DNA of 64,000 bases from assembly GCA_964106645.2 (NCBI GenBank), contig OZ067040.1. One strand, given 5' to 3'. The notes beneath the pieces were generated by a model. It was not told the DNA's origin. It made no database searches and was given only the letters and a program-made list of their open reading frames with translations. Positions within the stretch are counted from its first letter, which is position 1. Each line of letters begins with the position of its first letter. The translations under genes and the position numbers were made by a program. The stretch comes from Podarcis pityusensis. Lineage: Eukaryota. Of the stretch, positions 41,529 through 52,000 are shown piece after piece.

Positions 41529-43676
41529 ATATGTTAGTTCATCTGATGCAGCTACTTGGGGCAGAAAAATGTATTGGCCGAACCAAAGAGTCTGTGTACA
41601 TGTTCATGCAAGGCAAGGAAGAAAGCAGGTATGTGCCATTGCTAATGCCTGATGATGTATACTTGTTTGATTCAGTTGCCAGTTTTAGCCCTGGCGGAGT
41701 TATATCAGAAAAGTGTACATTGCTGTTTGAGGTGCCTAACCCATGAAGCTGAAAGGTTTGCACTCTTCCCAGTAACAAAACAACATTTCAGCCACTCCAC
41801 TTGGATTAACAACAGCAAAGGTTGTTTTTATCATCATCAAGCCCCACCTCCAAGATAAATTGGGGTGGTGGCCATAGCTAGAAGGGGGCTGGACACCAGG
41901 TGAAGGAATACAATGGGAACATTTACTGGGAATCTGTCTTCACTGTGAGCTACCATTAGCGCTTTTCTATTTTGGGAATACAGAGTGAGCTTCATAGGGG
42001 GGTGTCCCATACGTGACAGCTGATCAGACAGAGACGCTGAGTGGGGGATGCCATTTAGCATTACAGAGCACTGAGGCCGCAAGCCCAGAAGGGAACAGAT
42101 GTGCCACATTTGTGGTCATCGCTGATGAATGGCTGGATGTTATACAGACCAAAAAGAACCAGACTGCAAGGTTGCCTGTGCTGGAAAAGGGCAGGGATGA
42201 CTTAACTCCAAAGAGTGATCCATGTTCCTTTTAACTGCGGCAGTGCCTGCTTTTTCTGACTCTACACTTCCGAGGGTTTGAAGTTTTGGCTTATGGCAGA
42301 AGACCTTACAGGCCATAGTCACATTAATAAGAAGAGCTTGCTGCATCAGGCCAATGGCCCATCTGGTCCAGCCTTCTTAAATAAATAAGAACCTCTGCTT
42401 TCAAGTTGTACCGGAATGGAGAGGAAAGCAGGTGCTGGTGGAAGGATCCTTGGGTTCAACTGACATCACGGTCACCAGAAAGGAAATGGGTATGGTGATT
42501 AGAATGTTGGAGGACAAGTGGAGTGAAGCCATGAAGCTGGGATTGGGACTGCCCATAAAGGTACCCTAAGGCCCTTTTGCTAGGCCACAACAGTGTGCTA
42601 TGCAATGCCAGAATTATGCTCCAGCGTTCTTTGCGACCATTTGAGTGATCCTCAGTTGCATCTGCTGGACTGCATGCTTCTCCACTGGCACACCTACAAA
42701 CATGGCCACTTGGGGAAGGCTTGTATTGTCCGGCCAGGGCTTGGATGTGATGCTAATTGGGTGTAGTCATTGGACTAGGTTGGGAGACTCGGATTCAGGT
42801 CTGCACTTGGTCATTCAGATATCATACTCAGGTCATTGGCAACAGCCTTTAAAAACAAAAAACAAAAACTTACCAGCTTTTCCACAGACTGGGCAAATCC
42901 TGATTAACTGGTGAAAAAATATATATACTGGCATTTTGATGCAAATAAAGTCCCATAGATGCTGGAGAAAACAGAAGCAGTACTGAACCCACAATACATA
43001 TTCATTTGGAAGGATTCCTAGTAAATAAGCTGTTCTTGATACTGACCAAAAGAGCAATATGATGAAACAACAATAGACTGGGAGAAAATGTTCCATATTG
43101 TTTGAACTCCATTTCAGTGGGGAAATTCAGAGTCAAGGGGCAATTCAGGGACAACAGTAATGCAGAGTGGACTGCTACAGAAACTATGAACCCCACTAAT
43201 ACTTTTATTCCTAGCTGTCATAGTACAAGTGGGAGCTGCAACAATGTTTTGCAGTGTCGAACTCTTCTGTTCAAGGTTCCACCCCCTTCCATTCCATCTC
43301 CTCCCTCCCAGTTTTTAATCCTTCGCATACCCTCCAACAGACCATCAGCATTCTATGCCCATTGAGCATTCTGTCCCAATCATCTGCTTGTGGAAAAGAT
43401 ATCCAAAGTAGATAGAGTAAAAATACAAGGGGAGGGGGCTCCAATTTTCACCAGAGGGGTTGGACACAATTTCAGGGCCTAACAGTTGGTCATCTGCAGA
43501 TGATCCAGACAGAACTCAAGGACTATTCTTAGAACAGCACCGGTTTAGACAGGTGGCACATTATATTTCCTTTGAAATCAATTGAACATTCAAGTTTAAT
43601 AGTACAGTGGATGTGGGTGGCACTGTGGGTTAAACCACAGAGCCTAGGGCTTGCCGATCAGAAGGTCAGTGGTTTG

Positions 43677-45740
43677 GGGGACTTCCGGGGTGGCGCCATC
43701 GGCAATGGTGGACTCCCTCTGAACCGGAGGGACCAGCTCCGCGCGAAACGGGTCTTTTCCGCTGCAGCGAAGCGGGGACCCTTTTAGAAATCACAGGCGG
43801 ATGAAGCCTGTGACCGTGGGACTCGGCGGGTACCCTTAGCGCCCCCCCAACCCGCAAAGGAACCCACTAACGGGCTCCAAAGCGAAGAGGGGGAAGTGGC
43901 GCGGTGCTGTGAGTCAATTGCTTTTTCCGTGGAGCGAAGCCGCATAGCCGTTGCCGGAGAGCGCTGCCTTTTTCCTGGGACAATTTGGCATCTAAAATAA
44001 TCACCCGTGAGTACTTAAACATTGAACAATTGGACTTCAAATAAGAACTGGTGATTAGAAAGGAATTGGACTTAAAAATTTACCTTAATTTGGTACTGAA
44101 ACGGGAAGGTCTAAACAGGAAGTCAGCCTTCCGTTTCCTTGTAGTCAGAAGAAAGCAAAGACAACGTAAACTAGAGCTTAGAAAATCACTTTCAAAGGAT
44201 TGGTTTTCACCATTTAAAATCGTTGAACCCCCCTTCGGTAGCAGGAGAAGAAGGGGGATCTTTTTTTTGGACTGTTTAAACCTGCAGAAGTGAGTTTAAA
44301 GTAAAGTAACTTTCCACCGTCCTGATCCTGGAGCGGGGTGTCAGAGTTGACATTTGAAGCTCATTGACCAGAGACAAATGTTTTTGACAGATAGTTAAAA
44401 GAAGAGTAACATTGTGATTCCACTGTTTCCTTTCGCATTTTAAAGGAACAAATATTGACAAAATATCTTTAAAAAAAAGAAACTTTGTTGCTATTGTCCT
44501 TAAAAGAAAGAACAACCAGAAGTTCTCCCCCTAGAGGGGGACTGTGAAACTGTAACTAATTCTAGGGAGCTTGCAGCTGCCACAGATTACAACCGTGGGA
44601 AAGGACTTGTGACCTTGCAGGACAATGTTTTCAGAAGCACTGTTGGGTGCTTTCTGTAAAATAAATGCCCTATTGGATCAGTTAAGCCAGAAGACGGATT
44701 TGATGACTAATGCGGCCAGAACATTTGAACAGGTAGTGGGAAACTATATGGAGCCCACCCAGGAACTTAAACAGGAGTGTGCCATGACAGAACAGTTGAG
44801 AGAAGAGGATGTTGCTGAATCTTGGGCGCCAGAAAGGGAGGAACCTTTGGCCCTGCAGGAAAATGAGCCTTTGGATCTGACAAATGAACTTGGAAAAAAC
44901 CAGATTTGGAAAGATAAAGTTTGGATTGATTTGGAAATGGGGGGTTGGACTGACCCCCCTATGCAGAGATGTTTGGACTTTCCGAGTCTGGCAATGGGCC
45001 GTCAGATGTTTGGAGCTGTGGGGGCTCTCAATTTTGGAGGGAATTTGAAACATGTCTTAAAATACCACATGGAGTCTAATCTGGACTATGGGAAAGGGGC
45101 TGATTTGTTGAAAAGGGTCAAAAACACGACTAAGCTGGAGTTCCCACGAGTGAAAGGAAAATATGAAGAAGAGCTGCGGAAGGGACATGGAAGAGACTTG
45201 AAGGCCTCGGATATAAGATCACCAGGTTAATGTGCCAGACTAATGGGATAAAAAGGACTGACAAACCCGGGACCAGGAGGAAGGGACGCTGGAAGAAGAT
45301 TGGATTGTTCTTATTTCTTTTTTCTATCATTAGGAATGTTTTATAAAATTGATGAATGTTAGAAAAATGTTGAAATGAAATTACTTGGCTCTTGTAAAAA
45401 TGTTTAAAGAATTAGGTAAAAAGGTAATGGTTATGAGAAGTTGGTAAAAATAAGATTTAAGTTTTAAGCTTTAAGGTTTTTATAAGATAAGATGATAATA
45501 GAGTAAGGTAATGTAATGACAGAATACTATGAATTATGGAAAGGATTTGCTGTGACAACTATTAATCAAGATACAAGAAAAGGGAGGAGGAGGAGGTCAT
45601 AGAAAGAAGGTAATGAAAGTGGAGAATTTGAAAATGATGGTTTTATTTTTTTTTCTTTTTCTTTTTCTGTTTTGTCTTTTTTCTTTGTAATTTTTTAAAA
45701 AAACTCTTTTTTCAATAAATATCATTAAAAAAAAAAAAAA
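43677..45740 (+). mobile_element. ~2.06-kb poly(A)-tailed retroposed element lacking RT (candidate HAL1-like non-autonomous L1 derivative)
   Basis: 16-bp TSD GAAGGTCAGTGGTTTG (43661-43676) / GGAGGTCAGTGGTTTG (45741-45756). CpG-rich 5' end, AATAAA at 45714-45719, A14 tail at 45727-45740, one long ORF. Confidence 0.85.
44625..45230 (+). CDS. 201-aa ORF inside the poly(A) retroelement; possibly a divergent or truncated ORF1-like protein
   Basis: ATG-initiated, uninterrupted, purine-rich sense strand; N-terminal ~60 aa look helical/coiled-coil-like. I recognise no RRM, endonuclease or RT motif. Confidence 0.4.
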   Translation: MFSEALLGAFCKINALLDQLSQKTDLMTNAARTFEQVVGNYMEPTQELKQECAMTEQLREEDVAESWAPEREEPLALQENEPLDLTNELGKNQIWKDKVWIDLEMGGWTDPPMQRCLDFPSLAMGRQMFGAVGALNFGGNLKHVLKYHMESNLDYGKGADLLKRVKNTTKLEFPRVKGKYEEELRKGHGRDLKASDIRSPG

Positions 45741-47489
45741 GGAGGTCAGTGGTTTGAATCCCCACGATGGGGTGCGCTCCTGTTGCTCGGTCCCAGCTCC
45801 TGCCAACCTAGCAGTTCGAAAGCAGGAAGTGCAAGTAGATAAATAGGGACCGCTCCGGCAGTAAGGTAAATGGCGTTTCTATGCGCTACTCTGGTTCGCC
45901 AGAAGCGGCTTTATCATGCTGGCCACTTGACCCGGAAGCTGTACGACGGCTCCCATGGCCAGTAAAGCGAGATGAGTGTCGCAACCCCAGAGTTGTCCGT
46001 GACTGGACCTAATGGTCAGGGGTCCCTTTACCTTTACCTTGGTTTACGAACAGTCCTGTTTACGAACTATCGGTTTACAAACTCCGCAAAACTGGAAGTA
46101 GTGTTCCGGTTAGCAAACTTTACCTCAGTCTATGCATGGAAGCTGGACGGTGGAAGGGCACTGGCGACAGCAGACCTCATTAGGGAAAGCACACCTCAGC
46201 TTAAGAACAAATTTGGTTTAAGAACGGACTTCAGGAACAGATTAAGTTTGTAAACCAAGGTTCCACTGTATTTAAACTGAACTTGGGTGTACCAAACATC
46301 CTTTGAATGCCACCACCCCCATTGCCCTAATAAAGCCAATTTGTTGTCCCTCTTGGAACATATTTCAAATGGGTCATTCAGGAGTCCCTATTTTAGGCCA
46401 ACCATCCTTCCCTTTCTGACGCTGCCAGAGACGCAGCCTACGGCTGACAAAATCACACTGACACATAAATTTGCACGCCTCCCTCCCACGCGACGCAGCA
46501 CACAGCCCAGCTGTTGTCATCTCTTATCCCGGAGGATTGCAGACAGGCAGTGTGGGTAATGACTGCAAGGTAGCACAGGCAAATGTATAATCTTAACATG
46601 GCTAACTGAGCCTTCCAAGAAATGTGTGACTCTGAGAAATATGATCTCTGTGCTTATTTTCTCCTGCAGAATGATTTCACCTAGGAGGTGGGGTGTTTGG
46701 CTCTACGGGTCTAACAAACTGCCATAGTTGGGGAGGGAAAGGAATGGACCTTAACTGTTGTCTCTAAGAGTTCTTTGCCTTCCACTTTTTGCTGTTGCTT
46801 CTTTGTGAGGATTCTTCCAATTACTTTGCACATGATTCAAAACAGAGTGGACTGTGGGGGGTGCTGTAAAACAGAAACAAAAGCAGCCTAGCAGGGGAAA
46901 GGCCTGATCTGAACTTTGCAAGTCTTCCACTTGTAGGGAACAATTTTTAAAAACAAACAAGCAAACAGATAAAGGAGCCTTCAGAAATGTGGGACTCACC
47001 TCCAGCCTGAAGTGGTAACATCCATTGCATCACCTCAGGAGTGCATTATTTCATTCTGTTATTGGTGTTGACCAGGAATTCCACTGGGCCTTCCTGCATA
47101 GAAAGGGCTATAAAAGGCTTTCTAATTGGTCCGGAACTTTGCCTGAGCAACCAAGTCTTCCAGGTTCTGGGCAATTCCTAGGTCCACCTCTAACAGCTAT
47201 CTAGGGCTCATCCTTGACACATACTCAAGCATATTATTCTAATACAAGCTATAATATTACCCTGATGTTATTTTGCCCCAACAAGTCTAGTTATGGATGC
47301 TGTTCAGCTTTAGGAGCATTTAAATAAGTTGTAAAAACCTCATATAATTCAACATTTATTCATAACTGGGTTCCTAGTGGGGAAGGGGGGGGAGTGAAGA
47401 TTTTAGGGAAAGTGCCAAAACATTAGTTGTTATTCAGCTAAAGCTAATCAGAACTATATCCTATTTGAGTTAATGACACAGCTTTGCTG

Positions 47490-47745
47490 CCACTAACTTA
47501 AATCCCACTGCACCTTAAAACAGGATGAGGCAAATTCATGAAGGATAAAGCTATTCATGGCTACTGACCATGATGGTTGTGTTCTGTCTCCACTGTCAGA
47601 AGCAGTATCCTGCAAGTCATAAGTGGGGGGAGTGCTGCTGGGCTCAGGTCCTGCTTGAAGATTTCCCACCAGTATCTGGTTGGCTGCTGTTACAGCAGAG
47701 TGCTGGCCTAGATGGGCCTCTGGCCTCATCCAGCAGGGCTCCTAA
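47490..47745 (+). mobile_element. CR1-like LINE 3' fragment
   Basis: ...AAATTCATGAAGGATAAAGCTATTCATGGCTACT...GCTGGCCTAGATGGGCCTCTGGCCTCATCCAGCAGGGCT; inverted homolog at 55368-55570. Confidence 0.55.
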
Positions 47746-47751
47746 GTCACT

Positions 47752-47752
<1 letters not shown>

Positions 47753-47800
<48 letters not shown>

Positions 47801-47802
47801 CA
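47753..47802. repeat. Compound (CA)n(GA)n microsatellite
   Basis: Direct reading; abuts a MITE TIR. Confidence 0.95.
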
Positions 47803-48054
47803 CAGTGGTACTTTGGTTCTTGAACTTAATCCATTTGGTGAGTCTGTTCGACTCCCAAAACCTGTTCAAAAACCAAGGTGTGGCTTCTGATAGGCTGCAG
47901 GAGCTTCCTGCACTCAATCGGAAGCTGTGGAAGCCGTGTCAGACGTTCGGCTTCCAAAAAACTTTCGCAAACTGGAACACTCACTTCCAGTTTTGCAGTG
48001 TTCGAGAGCCAATTTGTTTGACAACTAAGCCGTTCAAGAACCGAGGTACCATTG
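47803..48054. mobile_element. TcMar-type MITE
   Basis: TIRs CAGTGGTACTTTGGTTCTTGAAC / GTTCAAGAACCGAGGTACCATTG + TA; related to 60188-60421 in the opposite orientation. Confidence 0.8.
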
Positions 48055-48272
48055 TACCAGATTTAACAATATCACTGATGCTGCACAATTTCCTGGGGAA
48101 ACAAAACATATTTTCCTGGTATTGAAACATTGACAAGGTTTTATTCTGGAGGGCCGCAGGTTCCCCAGGAACAGTCTCCATTTGACTGTCTAAAGTACAG
48201 CAAGAATCAGAGACCTCACCCACTCCAATTTCAGCTGCATAGCTCTCAAGGCCAGTAGAGTTATTCTTGACA

Positions 48273-48471
48273 GGGAGGGGCCACAGCCCAGTGGCAGAGC
48301 ATCTGTCTTGCATGCAGAAGGTCCCAGGTTCAATCCCAGACATCTCCAGGTAGCACTGGGAGAGACTCCTGCCTCCAACCCTGGAGAGTCACTGCCAATC
48401 AGTGTAAACAATACTGAACAAGATGGACCAACGGTCTGATTCAGTAGAAGACATCTTCCTCTGTTCCTATG
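48273..48471 (+). mobile_element. tRNA-derived SINE with LINE-type TTCCTATG tail (Squam2-like)
   Basis: Head GCCACAGCCCAGTGGCAGAGC...GGTTCAATCCC (A/B boxes); tail CTTCCTCTGTTCCTATG. Confidence 0.7.
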
Positions 48472-49693
48472 TATTCTGGCACCTGAGACAGAAAAGCTCT
48501 TCTCCCTCCACACATACACACTGCCCCTGGCCATCAAAATACAACAGCAGTAAATTAAATAGCAAATAGTTTTCTGCCCTTTCAAGACAGCTGAAGTGGC
48601 TGCATCACTCTGCGTAACAGTTGAGCCAGCCCTGCTTAAAATGAGTTGAGTGGCACAGCACACCCCTTGGTAAATGAACAACTGAAATGTCTGCTTCAGC
48701 AAACATGGGTTTTTATTATATTCTAATTGCTTCTTAATGCCATTCACGTAGAAGCATCTTGGCACAGTTAATGTTTTGAGTAACTGATGAACTGTTGACT
48801 TTGGCTAAGTGAGTCAGTTCATAAACTGCGGAGAGAAAAAACAGATACCTCCAGCTCACGGTTGTTTTGTAATGCTAACCACCAAGCAACACTATACTGT
48901 CTTTAATGTAGAAGTCATTATGGGAAGGAAATAAATACTAAAGTCTCAAGGAGACCTCAAGTGGGCAGATTTGGAAATGAACTTGACTACAGCTACTCTA
49001 TTTGCCCTGGGAGATGGAGATGATGCGAAAACACTTCTGTCTGGGAAACCTGTCCTTGAACGCCACAAAAAAATTCCTGGGGTCTTTTTGCCTACTGAAA
49101 GCCAGAGAGCCTATAATAATACATGACAAGATTTCATCACCTCCCATCGGTAAAGAAGTCACGTTTCATCAAAACATGATTTTCCATTCATCTCTTTTGC
49201 AGTATCCCCGGAGGAAAAAATGGTTGTGTCCAGATCTTTTCAAATGTCTGTCCTTATACTGATGGTGGTTAATGATACAATTATTTTGGTTGTTATTTAT
49301 TTTTATTTATTCTCCGTGTTTATTTTTTAAAAAAACCCTGAACATAACCCCCCTTCAATTGAGCTAAATGAAATGCTCAAATTTAAGTTATGTTTATGTT
49401 CATTTGTTGTCGATGAAGTTCACCTTGAATGCTAGTATTTTAGTGCATTTCACTCATTTTAGTTGCTAGTCGTAGGTCCCTATCTTCATCTTCAGTTGCA
49501 ACCAGATCTAAGTAGGAGGAACTGCATTTGCCTCAATTTGTCCTTTATTACCTTTCGTTTGCTCTTTTGTTTATTTGTGTGTTTTTTAATTTTAAATTTG
49601 TTATTGATTTATTTAGGGTTGAGCTTTTTTTTAATTGTGCCCAAAGCTGTTCAGCTTATTGGTCCAAACTGAAGGGGGGAAATGCCTTTTTTT

Positions 49694-49805
49694 GATTGCC
49701 ACACATCCAGATTTTCCAGGACATTTTCCTGATTTCCACCTGGACACTGCTGCCAACTGTGGTATTCTGTATATGTCCAGAAAAATCTGGATGTATGCCA
49801 ATCCT
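49694..49805. mobile_element. Palindromic hAT(Tip100)-like MITE remnant
   Basis: GATTGCCACACATCCAGATTTT ... AAAATCTGGATGTATGCCAATC inverted ends. Confidence 0.5.
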
Positions 49806-50279
49806 GATTTGGTAACAAAAAATGTGCAAACAGAATAAAAAGAAAGAAAACAAAGAGACAAAAATCTAGTGAGATCTCGTTGGAAGCGGCTGCCACTTCT
49901 TACTCTCTGGCTGCATTGGCAGGGGTTGCCTACCAAATGCCCATGAAAATCCTAAATTCGGCACCTGAGCACAACAGTGCTCTCCTCCGTTAAAAATATA
50001 CAATCTTTTCACGTTACCCTTGAGAACACTGAGGAGCACAATCCCGCCAAAATTAAGTATTTTTAAATCTTAGCTGGATATGTGCTTAATTGCTTTCATG
50101 CACACTGCTAAGATATGACTGTGATTAAGTGGTATGCAAATTGTTAACTAAAATGTGAAAAATCGACTGTAGACTTGCTCAGTTCTGGCTGATGCCTCGG
50201 GATGTTGCTTTGTTTTAAGAAATCTAGGAAGACAGATTCGAAGGGCACAAGATTTAATTACCGCAATTAATTAGCTCCC

Positions 50280-52000
50280 CAAGGGGCGCAGCATTGGGGG
50301 GGTCACCACAGAAAAGGCTCGTCTCCTCCCCACCGATCGGACTTCCTTAAATGAACCTACATTGAGTGCCCCCTTTAACTCCTCAAAGCGACGCTTTCTC
50401 GGGCCGTGTAACTCTCAAGAAGCTAGATTTCAAAGGTCTGCGCAACGTTAACTCTGAATTTGGTTAAATTGACCGGTTCACCGACAGCTAGTCTCCAGCA
50501 AAGCGTCAGGCACAGGCGAGCAAGCCTTAGGTGGCCCGCACCGTCTGCGATCACGTGCGATGCCCATCTGGGGTACTTTTTTTTATAGCAGCAGCTGCGT
50601 TGGTGGGTGACTAAAACCTGGTGACTAATACCACTGCAGAGACGAAAACCAACAACCGGGCAGGTTCAGAGAAAATCCCGAGTCCACTCCCGCCTCCAGG
50701 GACAAGGACAGCCGCAGCCCGAGGCTTCCTGGCGCTTCTCCCCAGCCTCCCCACCCGCTAAGCTCAAGACGTCCCCTCGGCCTCGCCGGCGGGGGACCTC
50801 CTTCGAATGTTTCCCCGGAGCCTCGAAGGCTCGCTCGTGACGTAGCCGCAGGACGCCCTCCTCCTCGCGTGCCGATTGGCTGAAGCGCGCGGAGGCGGTT
50901 GCAGAACGTCGCTGTTTGTGTTTGAACGTTCCAGCGGGAGGGTGGGGCCAGGAGGGCTCCGTCGGGCAGGCGGCCGATTCGCTGCTTGAGCAGGGCGACC
51001 CTCCGCCCCCCCCCGCTGGACGGCGCGGCGCGATGGTGCCGTCTCGGTGCGTGAAGAGCGAGTACATGAAGCGCTTCAAGGAGCCCAAGTGGGAGGCGTG
51101 CGGCCCCTGCTACCAGGAGCTGCTGCGCTACCGCCTGAGCCGGCGCCTTTTGGAGCAGGCGCACCGGCCCTGGTTTTGGGACGGCTGGGAGCAGGACAGC
51201 AGCCAGAGCGGCGGCGGCAGCGGCGGCTCCCCGTCGCCCCCGGGCACGTCCAGCCCGCCGGGTGGCCAGCAAGGAGAAGCAGCAGCGGCGTCTGGCGAAT
51301 CTGGCCGGGGCGGGGCGGCGGCAGCAGCGGGGGACGCCGACAGATCCTGCCCCGAGGAGCCCTTGCGCGGGTCGGGTATGTTCCTCCGCCGCCGAGGGGA
51401 GAGGAAGAGGACGGCCTGCCGGAATGACCTTGAGCCATTCTCCGGGAAGGCGGGCGGAGGGGGGCGCTGGGAGCCGCGGCTGCAGAGATGAGTCGCTGGG
51501 GAAGGAGGGAGGGAGATGCGGTGGCCGGATGTCCCTGCTCTGCAATGGAGCTGCCGCTGGATGTAAATACGGGGCGGGGGCGCGCGGAGGAGAAAGCGGC
51601 TTTCCTGGATTTTAAATAAATCTTAACAGCTGGGGCTCCGCGTCCGGCTTGGCTCTTGACGCCGCCCTCCCCTCCGCACGCATCGGGAAATGGAGGGTGC
51701 CAGGACCGTGCAGGCGCTTCGGCCTCTTGCCGCCGAGTGGCTTCGCAGCTCCTCCTTACGCGTCTGTTGGGGAACGGGCGAAGGCGGCGCTGCCCTGCCG
51801 CCATCGAGTGGTTGCTGCCAATACTCGGCCCCTCCGGCGCCAACCCGGGTCCTTCCGGAGGCGAGAGATCTCCGGCTGGATCGTCCCTGCCGAGAAGCGC
51901 TTTCGCCCTCGGGCGGCACTTTCCTAGCTTACGAACGAATAGATTGCTACCGGAGCCTCCGCTGACGTAACAGCGGCATTTTGGAAACCCATCTTTGACC
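50280..52000. promoter_or_regulatory. CpG island / CCSAP promoter and first exon
   Basis: Very high GC and CpG; CRE-like TGACGTA 50838-50844 and inverted CCAAT (ATTGG) 50875-50879 upstream of the ATG. Confidence 0.85.

Larger units (their letters stand above)
43609..46038 (+). mobile_element. Sauria SINE split into two pieces (43609-43676 and 45741-46038)
   Basis: The two halves are colinear with the intact copy at 15908-16241: head ...GCCGATCAGAAGGTCAGTGGTTT | GAATCCCC... body ... CCCTTTACCTTTACC tail. Confidence 0.9.
43605..46268. mobile_element. TcMar-type MITE split by nested insertions (pieces 43605-43611 and 46036-46268)
   Basis: CAGTGGA + ACCTTGGTTTAC rebuilds a left TIR identical over 19 bp to the reverse complement of the right TIR GTAAACCAAGGTTCCACTG. 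TA at 43603-43604 and 46269-46270. Confidence 0.8.

Noticed and set aside
48190-48765. 191-aa minus-strand ORF
   Set aside because: Largely a read-through of a SINE sequence (GLNLGPSACK-type translation); no coding signature.
50916-51491. 191-aa ORF taken as the full CCSAP first exon
   Set aside because: It starts at a non-ATG codon and reads through the donor at 51375/51376; the conserved protein starts at ATG 51033.
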